64,000 nucleotides of DNA from Paraspadella gotoi (taxonomy: Eukaryota; Animalia; Chaetognatha): the NCBI GenBank assembly GCA_051294375.1, contig CM119269.1:9484782-9548781 (forward strand), read 5' to 3'. The notes below the pieces were generated by a model. The model saw nothing but the letters and a program-made list of their open reading frames with translations. It was not told the origin of the DNA and searched no databases. Within the stretch, counting starts at the first letter, position 1. Every line of letters begins with the position of its first letter. Positions 32,309 through 45,462 of the stretch are shown here, piece after piece. A program made the position numbers and the translations under genes.

Positions 32309-33858
32309 ATGACGCCCGACGTCTCCGACTCTGAAATGTCGACGTCGCCAGATCATCGGAGGTCGAAGCGCTACGGAACCAGGAGTGGGCGTGGCGGCGG
32401 CGGCGGCGGAAGCAGCGGCGTGTGTCCTGCTGTTGCTTGTATCCTGGTTCCCCTTCTCTGCACAATGATTCTATCAGGATTAACGCTGTGAGTCGATTTT
32501 ACGTTTTTTTATTAAAAAAAATACTTTATTTAAACATGTGAAAAATAACGCGCCACTTATAACTTTAAATTACAGACGTTCTATAAAACTTTTTTTTTTT
32601 AATTATTTTTAAAAAATTATTTTTTATTACAATCGGTCTAGTGGTTTAGGAGATATGATTTTTTAGACTTGAGTGTTCTGAAATCAAACGAGAAATTGAA
32701 TTTTATCTAAAAACTTCAGATTAATGGATCTATCATTAATTATAATTTGTATGTTTCAATATTTAGGGATCTGGGGCAACCTAGTTATCCATATTTCCCT
32801 CCGGATGTCCAATGTATTTTTTGTTTTTAAATTTTTAATCTAAGATAAGTAATGCAAAATATTAAGAAAAAAAGATTAGTCTCAAATCTATCAGATTTTT
32901 TTAATTAATTCAGATTTAATAAAGTTCGAGCCCAAACTTATCATATTTCAATAAACTTTATTTCATTTGTAAATTTTTTTAAAAAATTTAATTATGTAGG
33001 GTATTTTTTAAAGTCTGAAATAAAGTGGCGCGATTTTTTTGCACATGACTGTATTTATTTAATCTATAGCTATTTTCAGCGCTCAGTATCCTTAATACTC
33101 TATTCTTTTACCAAACTCTAATCTTTAACCTCAATACCTAAAAAATTAAAAATGCTGACTTCATCTTGTGTTAAAGCTGACATGGGCCCCTTTTTTAAAT
33201 TACGGCCGATTTTTTTTTCATGTTTTAAAATGTTTTTTTTTCTAGTAGTATAAAAACGTTAAAGATGAATAATTTCTTTTAAAGTCTGAGGTCTAATTTG
33301 ATATTTTTGATATTGAAACGCGATTATTTTTATCTAAACAAGATTTTTATTTAAAGAACTTTTATTTTTTCCCTTAATCGGTGATTTAAAATTTTTTGAT
33401 TAACTTTTTTTTCCGCCGTCAATTTTTTTATCGTCATATCTTAATTTTTGAATTGTCGTGACGAAAATAAAAAAAAGGATACATAAAAAAATCAAACCCC
33501 GAATAAAAGTTTTCTTTGAGAGAGAGAGAGAGAGAGACTTTATATTCCACCTGAATATATTCTTTGTTTTATATCCAAAACCATATCCAAAACAACTTAC
33601 CTTTGCGCCTCACCCACTCGCTCTCCCTCAACCCCACCCGCCAGCTATTTACTTCTCCGTATCAGCGCGACGGCTGCGGAGGAACTCAGCAGCGGCAAAC
33701 GCGAATTGGCGCAGCTGCTGCTGCTGCTGCGGAAGGTGGATGGCGCTGCGGGCGTCTTGACGGAGTCGGCGACGAAGTTAGGGGGCGTGGCAGAGATGGC
33801 GGAAGACGTGAAGAGGATTGGCTACTTTTTGAACAATTTGGCGGGAGCTGGGGGGTAG
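32309..33858 (+). CDS. Small secreted or membrane protein, candidate neuropeptide precursor, 123 aa; exons 32309-32487 and 33666-33858
   Basis: Strong donor CT|GTGAGT and acceptor CTCCGTATCAG| join in phase 2 to give ...VCPAVACILVPLLCTMILSGLTLATA-AEELSSGKR-ELAQLLLLLRK-VDGAAGVLTESATKLGGVAEMAEDVKR-IGYFLNNLAGAGG*. Both exons are GC-rich islands in AT-rich DNA. Confidence 0.65.
32530..33053. mobile_element. Tc1/mariner-like MITE in the intron
   Basis: CATGTGAAAAATAACGCGCCACTT pairs with AAGTGGCGCGATTTTTTTGCACATG; the right end reads TA-CAGTC on the minus strand. Confidence 0.6.
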
Positions 33859-36800
33859 GACAAAGAAGGGAAGGGAGGTAGAGAAAAAGGAGTAAAATTG
33901 ATTAATGACAATAGGAAAGTATAGTTTTATTATTTTGCAGATTGCATAAATTGTACGTTTGAAAACCCTACGAACAAACTATATTTCTTACGCTGTTATT
34001 TGAAGCTCAAGTACTAAATAAGTTTTTACTGAGGATAAAGTCCATAAGTTAAAAGAAGGCGGTTTGTCCTTAATTATCCAAATCGTTTATATCTAAAAAT
34101 ATATATATAATACTCTGAAACCATAAACATTCGCAACGAAAGCAAAACCTACCTTAAGTTAACGAACTCAAATTAATCAAACCTCGATTATTTTTTTATT
34201 TATTGAAGATGTGATTTTGTTTTTTCCTGTCTTAAAAGATAAAACGGCCTCTCTTGACAGTTTGTTTCAAACAGAACAACAAACAAAATGACAGTGGACG
34301 AATTTTAAGTAGATAGCAGACATGTTGACTTTCCTTGACAAATTAATTTTTCCTCTCTCATCTATTATATAAAAATAAAGAGCGAGAGGTCAGAGCCAGA
34401 GGAACAAAGTGCCAGAAGCGCGAAGTTTTTACATTTTTGAAAGAAACTAATGAAAATAGTCTAGACTAGAGTGCAGAGTTGTTTTTTTTTTCAACTAAAT
34501 TGCACCTACTTTATTTAGTACTCAAAAATTACAAACTCCATTCATTCAATATATTAAATTAACAGATTATTAACAAGCTATTGTGGGTTATGGCTTCCAT
34601 CTTATGTACAAAATAGTAAAATACTAATATCATATCTTCAGCTCGTTTCATTTTGACGATAATTCAAAATACAAAGATAGTACAGTGAAAGTTCTTTTTT
34701 GGTGACCTCTAAAAGAAATTTGATTAATTTTATAAGAATTTTATAAGTGATAGAAAATCACTTAGAATAAAGTCTTTCTCAATTAAAGGCAAACAAATGA
34801 GGTCGTCGTCGTCGTCGTTGTCAAGGTCGTTTCTTGAGAAGAAATCACATCCAATCAATCTTGTGACTCCTTGAACTTTTGTATTCACTTCTTTTACTTC
34901 TACAACAAGACCAAAAATTCTTGTTGTAGAATAGCTGAATCGATTTACAGTAAATTTCATTATTGAATAGGTTTTTTTTAAATTTTTTTATTTTTATTAT
35001 TTTATATTTATTTATCTATTTATTAATTTATTATTTAAATTGATTTTTTTTATATTTAATACCTCCATTTTTGATTACAGTTAGTTAAAAAAATTGTATA
35101 ATACAATACTGTTTGGAGGACTTAAAATATTTAAAAAAAAAATAAAAGCTAAAAGTTAAACAGAGAGACCGGAGACGGACAGGAAGAATTGAATAATTGA
35201 ATAATCATATATACATATAGCAGAGAATAAATAAACAGTTTTAAAAACGTTTAGGTAATAAACCGTTTAAGGCTGACAGGGTTCACTGAAAATAAGACGA
35301 GCTGATTCGACCCAGAAACGTAGTCAGAAAAAAATCTTTAATTGGATCGAAGTCAAGAAATTAATAAAGATAAAAAAAAATATGAAAAAAAAGAGGATTT
35401 TTAAACAAATCAACTTTATATATAAAAAAAAGGAAAGTTACTTTTACAAAAATTTTAAAAAATTAAATATTCCTTAAAAATATTCAATCACATTAATACA
35501 TTTTTTTTAAAAAATCATTTTTATATCAGACTAACCATTCTTTTTTTTTTAACTTGATTTTATCTCGTTTTGACAAACATATACAATTTATTCAGTAACG
35601 ATAGATTCTCACTTTTGTGTCAAGAAATGCAATAAGGTACAATACCAAGAAATAAAATATATTAAAAAAAAATTAAAAACGGCAATAAAAAACGTGTTGT
35701 ACGGGATTTATTTGCTTCGACTCTCTACTCCCCCCTTTGCTAGTTTTTTAATTTTTTTTTTCTGCTCTTTCCCCCTCTCTCTCCCTTTCTCTTTCTCGCT
35801 CTCTCGATTTTGCGAACAAAGAACTCAAAATTCGAGTGAATTTGGACCACTTTTCCGTTAAACCGAAAACTAAAAAGAGTCAAATTTCTCTGCGTGCAGG
35901 ACCGAGCAGAGCAGCCTCCGCGTCGGCCGCGGATGTAGAGGGAAAATGGCCCACTTTTTCCTTTTAACCAGAAACATCTTCGAATCCAATTCGTTCGTAA
36001 TAGTTTACACCGGCCGGCGGTTTGCTGCAGTTGAGACATTGGCTTCGTTAGCTGCGGGTAGGAGCTGCAGCCTCCAGCCGGCCATCATAAAAAATCGGCT
36101 TTTCAATCCAAATGATTTCTGTTATAAAAGTGGCTCATTTTGCCTTGAACTAGCTATCTACAACTGATGCAACTAAAACCCCTTTCCATGAAAGTCTGCA
36201 GCTTTGTACCTTCGATTTCGATTCTTATTAAAACCTAAGAGAAACTGAAAAGTGGACCTAAATCGCGCGAACTTAAGCGCTGCAGAAAAATGCAACGTCT
36301 GCAATCGTGTTTTCCAACTAAAACTTGCTCTAGTCCCTCAAATAGAGTTAAAGAAAAGTTGGTCATATTTGCTTGAACGCTTGAACACGAGGCCGCTAAA
36401 GATTAAGGACAAGGGAGTTTGGTCCAGTTTTCCCTTAAAAACAAGTAGTTTATTGAGGCCGTGTTTCATCGATAGCCTTTGGGAAATTGCATTAAACCGC
36501 TGCAGCTCAGAATTCGCTGAATGGTCGGGGAATTTTGCAAATATTTTGAATGAAAATTTTCGTTAAAGTTGGCCAAATTCGGTTGAAACTGTTGCACTTT
36601 TGTTTTTTGATCAAAATTTTAGTCAAAACTATCCTACATTTTTTACCAAATTTTATTGGTTAAGAAAATTATTAAAATTTCCTTTACTAATAAACTTATT
36701 TTACATTTTGTACAATATGCTTAAACGAGTAAGATGCAGGAAATGCAGAAACCTAGGGCATGGCAGCCAAGATTGTTGCAATAGAGAAAGTATTTTTGAA

Positions 36801-36956
36801 TTCACGTTGTCCTTCATTTTCTTTGATAAAGAATGACATTGAATTACCAAATGGACATAGGAATTTAAATAATTTTCATTAATAATTCTAAAAAGATACA
36901 AGAATTTTTACAACTTGAATTTTTTTAAAACGGATATATAAAACATTTTGGTCTTG

Positions 36957-37797
36957 TAAGGTACACGGCAAAGAGGATGTAAAAGTATTATCTCTGAAAC
37001 ATAAAATCTTAAAGAATATTATGAAACTCTTAATATGGTACATGAGCAAAATCCGATCAAAAAAGATTTTTTAAATATTTATTAAAGTTTTTTAAAACCT
37101 AATATAAAAATATTTTCAAAGTTTTAATGAATATGCTTATAATTTGAATGTATATATATTTATTATTATTTACAAAACATGAGCTTTAATTTAAATATTT
37201 TTTTAACTTTTTATAATTTTTTAATATTAAAATATTAATAAAATTTATATATTTATTTTAAAAATTAAATAATTAATATTCCTAAACAAATTTTCTTTAG
37301 AAAATAAGGATAAAAATATATTTTAAAACTGCAGATCAAATTTTTTTAAATATATTACCTATTATTTTATTAATATATATATATTATTATTATATATTAT
37401 ATATAATATTATTTTATTTGAGATTAAGTTTTAATTAAAAATAATATATTTTAAAAAAAATAAAATTAATAATCTTTATTATTTTTTTTATAATAACCTA
37501 CAGTTTTAAAAAATATTTTTATTTTGATTATTTAATCTATTTGGAACTACTAGTTTTTTTATTATTTTTTTTTTTAATTTTAAGTTTTAGTTTAAGTTTT
37601 AATAATAATTAAATAAAAAATTATAGAAAGTTAGTAAAAATTTTAAATTAAAAAGATTTTAAAAATTCTTGTTTTGATTGGATTTGGTTAACCTACTTCA
37701 TTAAGAATCTCATAAGTATATTTCAAATTTTATAGCTTTCAGATATAGCACCTTTTTTGTTTCTTTCACTTACTCCCTGCCTTACCGTGAGGTGACA
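36957..37797. mobile_element. Old MITE with ~130-bp diverged TIRs around an extremely AT-rich core
   Basis: CACGGCAAAG..ATCTCTGAAACATAAAAT..TTATGAAACTCTTAAT..AAATCCGATCAAAA is mirrored by TTTTGATTGGATTT..ATTAAGAATCTCATAA..ATTTTATAGCTTTCAGATAT..CTTACCGTG. Confidence 0.6.
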
Positions 37798-38059
37798 ATG
37801 CAAAAAGTGCTTAACCGATAAATAAAACGGAAAAATTGTAAAGAAAAATAAAACAAACGATTTGCTTTTTTACTTTCATTCCAAAATTCACTCAGGACAA
37901 AAGACCAAAATTTGGCCAGTCTTTTGAAAGAAAAGAGACAGAGAGGGAGCAAGAAAGACCAACAAAGAGAGAGAGAAAGAGAAAAAGAGAGAGCGACAGA
38001 GAGAGAGAGAGAAAGAGGGAGCGGGATATATTGTGACTACGTTCTCGGTCCTGGCACAT

Positions 38060-38232
38060 CGCTCCTCCGGAAGTCTCCAACAAAAGTAACTTTCCGATTT
38101 GCATGTGAATGCCGTTTGAAAGGTCACGTGATCGTTTGTGGTCTCGAGATGCCAGGACGTGTCACGCGGTCTCTGTCGCCTTGGTCCGTGTCACGTGATC
38201 CCAACCCCATGTGTCACGTTTTCGTGACAGCA
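38060..38232. promoter_or_regulatory. GC-rich patch with clustered E-box/CLEAR-type motifs and an ETS-type motif
   Basis: GTCACGTGAT at 38123 and 38190, GTCACGCG at 38161, GTCACGTTTTCGTGAC at ~38213, CCGGAAGT at ~38067. Confidence 0.45.
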
Positions 38233-39198
38233 AAAGAGATTCGATAAATTTTCGTTTTCAAACGACAGCGTGTGGTTTCGCAGCGAGCGACATCGACCGA
38301 GATCTTATGATGTTGAAATTTGGTTCTGAGGCAAAATTGGATTTGGGGCAGAAGAACTTTAACATGGGCCTTCAAAAAGTATAAAGTATTTGAAAAATAA
38401 AAACTTGGATAGTTGGATACGGATTGACATTTTATTTGATAAGCATTTTAAAGCGTGTCTGTCGTCCAAGTGAACTTGGTAATTCAAATAACTGCTTTTT
38501 TAATACAATATTTTCTAGTACTAATACTTATTTTGACGTTAAAACGAAATATTTTTTAAATTAAAATTAAAAAGACTAAAAGATAAAAATGAATGACAAT
38601 GAAGCAATAGATAGGTGCTCAAGGATGAAGGAAGAATATTGAATGATAATAAATGACTGAATAAAAATCAGACCTGAAAAAAAAAGAAGGACAAAATGAG
38701 TGACAAAGTTGAGAGAAAAACAAGATTGATTAAATAAAAGATTTTTTCTTTTAATTTCCCCTATCTCCTTTTTCTCCTGACATTGCTCTATGCTCTCTCT
38801 CTATCATTTTTCGCTACCTCTCTGTCCCTCTCTCCCTTCTATATCTTCCGTCTTGCATTCCCCCCTGACCCTCTTTTCTATCAAAAAAAAGTTGATGAAT
38901 GGAGAGTCAGGAAAGAAATAACGAGAGGAAGTGGGGGAGGAGGAGAAAGAGAAGGAAGAGGAAGAGAACATGGTTAAGAGGGCGAAGGAGGAAGAGGAGA
39001 AGGGATCGAAAGATCGAGAGAATTTTGGTTAAACAAAAAAAAAAGGATAAAAAAATAGAAAAACTTGGACAAGCGGCGATAATGAAAAGAGAGAAAGAGA
39101 AAAAAAATAAAGGATTTTATGTCCTCAAATAAGAGGATCGAATCCAAGCTTGGATCAGATTTGATGAAAGTTTTTTTGACGGGGTTAAAATTAAGTCG

Positions 39199-39251
<53 letters not shown>

Positions 39252-39518
39252 AAGTCTTTGTAGCAACTTTTTCAACTTTTACTCGCAACTCTGGTAGTAT
39301 TCTGAGGTGTATTATGTTAAAATTTTACAAACAAACTTAAACTGAACAATCATGCGTCTCGTGATTTAAATTTATCGATGAAAATAAACGATTTAAAATT
39401 AAATGAAAGTCGGAAATAATTATTTTTTTTCAGAGGAAGACAAATTTGTCTCAGCCCAAGTCAAGAATTCGATTCGTGTGTCTCGGTTTTCTTCTGGAGT
39501 CATCAGGTCTCGACGATT

Positions 39519-40717
39519 CTTTTTAGTCGAATCTGCTTATTATCAGCAGATTCCCACTCTATAATTCACTTTGTCGGTCTGTCCAACCTTGAATTAATTG
39601 GTATGAAATTTTGTGTGTGGGTAAGAAACTGTGTGATTGAGATGGATATTAAGTGGATATTAAGTGAGTCATGTGAGTGGAAATTGGTTTAAATGGAAAA
39701 AACAAAAAAATCTAATTTTGTGTGTGGGTAAGAAACTGTGATTGAGATGGATATTAAGCGAGTGGTGCCAGTGGAAATTGGTTTAAATGGAAAAAACAAA
39801 AAAATCTATTTCACTATTTGAACGCCAATTGCTCATGAGTGGATAAGGCAATTGACTTGAAATTTTGTATGATGGTAGGAAAGTGTGTGATTAAGCTGGA
39901 TATAAAGTTTCGATGGAATCGTGCGAGTGGAAATGAGTTAAAATGGAAAAAACAAAAGTCATATTTACTTGAAGTATTTTTACTTAAATTTACTCATAAT
40001 TATTATGTTTATTAAAAATTGGATAGATAAATTGAAATGGAATTTTGTGTGTAGGTAAGAAAGTATGTGATAAAGCTGGATATAAATTTTTTGATGGAAT
40101 CGTAGGAGTTCAAATTAGAAAACCAAAATACATATTTATTTGAATTTTTTAAAGTTTCTCTCTCTCCATCTCTCTCTGATTGATTGATTGATTGATTGAT
40201 TGACCAAATTATGCCAATTGACAAAAATATACCAGTTGACCAAATTCCACAAGTTGACCAAATTATGCCAGTTGACCAAATTATGCCAGTAGACCAAATT
40301 ATGCCTGTTGACCAAATTATGCCAGTTGACCAAATTATGCCGGTTGACCAAATTATGCCAGTTGATAAAATTATGCCAGTTGACCAAATTACACCGGTTG
40401 ACCAAATTATGTTAATTGACCAAATTATGTCAATTGATCAAATTATGTCAGTTAAACAAATTAAGTCAGTTGACCAAATTATGTCAGTTTACCAAATTAT
40501 GTCAGTTGACCAAATTATGTTAGTTAACCAAATTATGTCAGGTGACCAAATTATGTCAGTTGACCAAATTATGCCAGCTGACAAAATTATGTCAATAGAC
40601 CAAATTATGCCAGTTGACCAAATAATGCAAGTTGATTAAATTATGCAAGTTGACCAAGTTAGCTTATTACCTCCTAATTATTGTAGGCAGATCCGACATT
40701 GTTTGCTCAAACTTGTT
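39519..40717 (+). mobile_element. HINE/DINE-1-like element carrying internal tandem arrays
   Basis: TTTTT-AGTCGAATCTGC...GCAGATTCCCACT 5' hairpin, GTCGGTCTGTCC, about four core repeats of ~100-190 bp, an 18-bp minisatellite, 3' subTIR GCAGATCCGAC (40687-40697) and terminal CTTGTT. Confidence 0.65.
40199..40658. repeat. 18-bp minisatellite (GTTGACCAAATTATGCCA), about 25 copies
   Basis: Direct inspection; it generates the spurious DQIMPV ORF. Confidence 0.95.
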
Positions 40718-41021
40718 ATGTCTCATTCTTTCTTTACTTTTATTCCTACTTTTATCTTTATATCTCTTTCTTTCTTTACTTTTTATTTCTACTATTTCTT
40801 TTTATATCTCATTATTTCTTTACTTTTCATATCTACTTTTTCTTATATATGTCTTTTTCTTATTATTCAATTTTTTTATACTCTCTCCAAGAGTTTATTG
40901 TAACATTGTCTTTTTTTTCTCTGATTAATTATTTCTATTTCTATTCTATTTATCCTTTTTCTTCTTTATTTTCTCTTTTTTTCTTTCTTTCTTCCTTTTT
41001 TTTTTTCTATAGTTTCTTTTT

Positions 41022-41074
<53 letters not shown>

Positions 41075-41187
41075 TTTCTTTCTTTTCTTTCTTTCTTTCT
41101 TTTCTTTCTTCTTTCTTTCTTTCTTTTCTTTTTCTCTCCATTCCTTGTTTTCAATGCATTAAAAGTCCTTTTGTATTTTCCATTCTC

Positions 41188-41220
<33 letters not shown>

Positions 41221-42520
41221 TCTCTATCTCTCTCTTTCTCTCTCTCTCTCGCCCCCTTTTCAATTTAGGTGGTTCATAATTCCCCCATTCAGTTTTTTTT
41301 GGGAGAGAAAATCGGCTTTCGAATCTGAGTTTGTCATCATCGTATCTTAAGAGGACGACGACGATGACGACGACGACCATGACTAGGATGATGATGATGA
41401 TCGAGAGGAGGAAGCGGATGATGACGTGGAGGAGGAGGAGGAGGAGGATGAGGAGGAGGAGGAGGAAGGAAGTTGATGAATTTTTGCTCGGAACTAAAAC
41501 CCGAAAATTCTTCAAAAAAGTTGAAACCTTAAATCGACGGTGGCAAAAATTGAAATTAAAAAAAAAATTAAGGTAAAATCAAACTTTAAAAAAAAAATTA
41601 TTATGATTTAAAAATACCGGCTTAAATATTAATTATAATTTTATTTTAAAAAATGCAAAAAAGAAAGAACTTCAGTTAAGGAAGAATAATTTTGTTCAGA
41701 GTAAAAAAACTAACTGAAGAATTATTCAATATCAATAATTCTCATGTTTATAAAAGATTTTGTAACTATTATTACTAATATTAACATAAAAAAAATTTTC
41801 ATTTTTTCTCGCGTGAGAAATAAAACTTCGGTTGGGAATTTAAAAATTCTCCATCGATTCTTTTTTTTTTTTTTTTTTGGATTCCTTTCCTCAGGGGTCT
41901 TCGGGTCTTCTCCTCTTCTCCCCTCTTGAGTCTTCTCCTCTTCCCCATCCCCCTAAGGTCTTCCTCCTTCGGGTCTTCTCCTCATCCCCCTAAGGTCCTG
42001 CTCCCTCTCCCCCTTGGCGGGCTCACTCTTTTCCCTTTGGGCCTTTTTCTCATTTTCACTTTTCCCCTTTTTTTTCTCCTTTCATCGTCTCCTTTCTTTC
42101 CGCGAAAAATACTTATTTTCTATTGTTACCTTTTCCTTTCTTTTTCTCTGAAAGCCTTTACCTTTTTAAATTTTCTCTGTTTAAATATTAAAAACGAAAC
42201 AAAAACTTATTGTTTTAAATTTTATATTTTTTAATTTCTTTTAAAATGACCAGAATCCCTTTTCCTTTCTCAAACAATAATTTACCAAATTCCTATTTAC
42301 AATCTTTTTGCCATTTCCAAATCACCATCCCAATCCCATGTCCCCAATTCCCAAACCCCTATCCCAAATTCCCAATACTTGATCCATGATCCCCAATCCT
42401 TGATCCCCAGTCTTTGGCCTCAAACGTTTCGATTCGATCTTTCATTTTTGAAAGAAAAAAATCGTCTGAAGAGAAAAAGAGAGAGAGAGAGAGAGAGGAA
42501 GAGAGATATGAGAGAGAGTA

Positions 42521-42561
<41 letters not shown>

Positions 42562-42808
42562 GAGAGAGAGAGAGGAGACGAGAGGAGGAGAGAGAGGAAA
42601 GAGAGAGAGAGAGAGAGAGAGCAGAGATAGGAGAGAGAGAGACAGGAGAGAGAGAGGAAGGAGAGAGAGGAAGCGAGAGAGAGAGAGGGGGGGGAAAGAA
42701 AAAGAAAAATAAACCAGGACAAGCCAAAGAATTTGGAAACCCTACAAAGGCAAAATATTGGAACATGATAGTGGTGAGAGAGGCGAGCGAGAGAAAAGAA
42801 AAAAATCA

Positions 42809-42871
<63 letters not shown>

Positions 42872-43570
42872 CAGAGATGGTGAACGCAAGCTGCCTTATC
42901 AGCGGGATAATGGATTTCAATAAAACCTTTTGTTCAGCGTCTGAATCCCTTTTGGCTATTTGTCGGTAGACAGGAGATAAGGCGAAGGCACGGAGAGGCA
43001 AGTGGGGGATGGAAGGGGGGGAAGGAGACAGGGTTGTGGATGGGCGGGCGAACGGGTGTTCGTTGTTTGGTTCTCTCGATTCGCGTTGACCCCGAATTAT
43101 GCTCCGCGGTGAAGTTTGATCGAGGGATGCGAGGACGACGGAGAGAAAGAAGAGAGAGAGAGAGCAGAGAGATGAGAAGAGAGAGAGAGAGAGGAGAGAG
43201 AGACGGAGAGAGAGAGGACGAGAGAGAGAAATTGGAGACTGGCTCGAATGAAAGAGTTAACTAGGGGGTAATAAGAAAATATTTTTTTATAAACTTTTAC
43301 TTAGATAACACATTAGAAAGGGTAAAATGTTAATCAGCAAAAGTTGGATGTAATTAACAGTCTTCATTTTTTAAAGGAAACAAATAATAACTTTTTACAA
43401 GGTTCCGCAAATAAATTTAACACTAGAGCAAATAATTTAAAAAAGCGGGCGAACGCGCAAATAAAAAAAGTACACAGAAAAAGGCTTCATGGTTTACAAA
43501 GCCTTTTTAGGCATACTTGGGAAAATAATAAAAAACCGAAAAATCTTCTCTTTTCCTTTATTCATTCCTC

Positions 43571-43617
<47 letters not shown>

Positions 43618-43802
43618 TCTCTCTCTCTCTCTCTTCTCTCGGTCAACTCTCGTCTGCAATAACTCTTATCGTTCCCCTTTTCCCTTTTCAATCTGCCTTT
43701 CATCTTCTTTATTGCTGCCTCCAGGGATTGAGAAGTTTTTTGTCGTTCAAAATTTTTCTCAAGCCAGAACACGAGAGAATGGAGAGGAAAGAGAGAGAAG
43801 AG

Positions 43803-43859
<57 letters not shown>

Positions 43860-43870
<11 letters not shown>

Positions 43871-44042
43871 AAATAGCAATAAAAACTTCGGAAAAATTTC
43901 TGAAAAATAATCTGGACACAAGCGTCATATGAACTTGAAAAAACGGAATTATTTTTGACTTGAGATGTTGTTGTTGTGAAGATGAAAGAAAAAAAGAAGA
44001 AAGAAAGAAGAAAGAAAGAAAGAAAGAAAGAAAAAAGAAAGA

Positions 44043-44075
<33 letters not shown>

Positions 44076-45430
44076 AGACATGTAAGTTGCAGAACTTGCT
44101 ATAGCGGACTGTGAAAATGAGGAAAAGAGCGAGAATAGAGAAGAGAGACATTGTGCAGTTTCCGGATCTGTTATCTCTATCCCTGTCAGAAAATGAAATC
44201 TCCCAGCATGCACAAACTTCCGGTTTCCATGCGAATTACGGGTGGCCGAGATTCCTTAGCAAACCGAGACTTTACTTTCGCGGTGCTATGGAACCGAGGG
44301 GGCAGTCCTCGTCCATGGCAACGGAGCTTAGATGGAAAGACACGTCCGAGGAAGACCCTGGCTTGTCAGCGAAGACTAATTGAAAAAGAGAGAGAGAGAA
44401 GAGAGAGAGAAGAGGGAGATAGAGAGAGAGAGAGAGAGAGAGAAGAGAGAGGAGAGAGAGAGGAGAGAAAGAGGAAGAGAGAGAGAGAGAGAGAAGAACG
44501 TATTGTAGCGCAACGAGACGAGAAGAGAGATGGAGGAGGAGAGAGAGTAGAAAAGAGAGAGAGCAGGAGAGAAGAGGAGAGAGAGAGAGGAGCGAAGAGA
44601 GAGGAGAGAGAGGATAAGCTTTCCGCGGAATTTACGCAGAAGAAAGAAATTAGGAAAAAAGGGAAAAAATTTCTCATAATCTTTTCTATCATCTCTTTTT
44701 TCATTATCTCCGTTTCGCATATGAATATAATCCTAATCATCATCATCATCATGCATCCATCATCATCATCATCACGTCCTCGTCGTCGTCGTCGTCGTCG
44801 TCGTCGTTGTCATCAAATCATCATCATCATCAATCATCATCATCATCATCACATTCATCATCATCATCATCACATCAAACCGATCATTTCCATCGAAACT
44901 CTGCTTTTCTCTTCGCCTTCGAAATCTCGCCTTCATTGTATTCGGTCGTCGTCCGTCGGTGTCGTCGGTCCTTCGTCTCGTCCGTCTCGTTCAATCGTGT
45001 ATACTTCATCGCTTTCGACTCATGACCAAACCTAATGGTGCCCGACATTTACGGGCGACTTGGGTCCATGCAGGGAGAGGGGGCGGTGGCCGCTGATGGC
45101 AGCGAAACTATGGGCCGGTTGAGAATCGCTATACACTGGGGTATTGACCTCTTCGATCACAACGCTTTGGGACCCCTTTTCCGACCCACAATACTTGCTA
45201 TATTTGTAAGTACCAGTGCACGGTGCATTTAAAGCTTTGGTCCTCGCATGTTTTAATCCCATTACTTTACCCAATATTTTGATTTACTTCTCTCAATGTC
45301 GTTTGCTTTTGGACACAGCCTTGCAAGCCAACACACAAATTAAGGGTCATTTAAATATTTTCACTTTCTAGCCGGTTCTCACAGATAATTCAGCTCGTTT
45401 CTTGCGCCACTCTCTCTCTCTCTCTCTCTC

Positions 45431-45462
<32 letters not shown>

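Noticed and set aside
35270-35330. Hammerhead candidate CTGACAGGGT...ACCCAGAAACGTAGTC
   Set aside because: The core reads CUGACAG rather than CUGANGA and stem I is unconvincing; at best a decayed relic.
36700-36800. Zinc-knuckle-like peptide CRKCRNLGHGSQDC in ORF 36600-36836
   Set aside because: Short isolated CCHC-like match in AT-rich DNA with no gag/pol or splice context; chance or an unassignable relic.
40196-40639. 147-aa DQIMPV repeat protein
   Set aside because: Read-through of an 18-bp minisatellite inside a HINE-like element; no real start codon context or splice signals.
42359-45035. Long RE/SL-rich ORFs (also near 26.5, 31.3, 48.5, 52-53, 56.6 and 61.7 kb)
   Set aside because: Products of (GA)n/(CT)n and purine-rich repeats.
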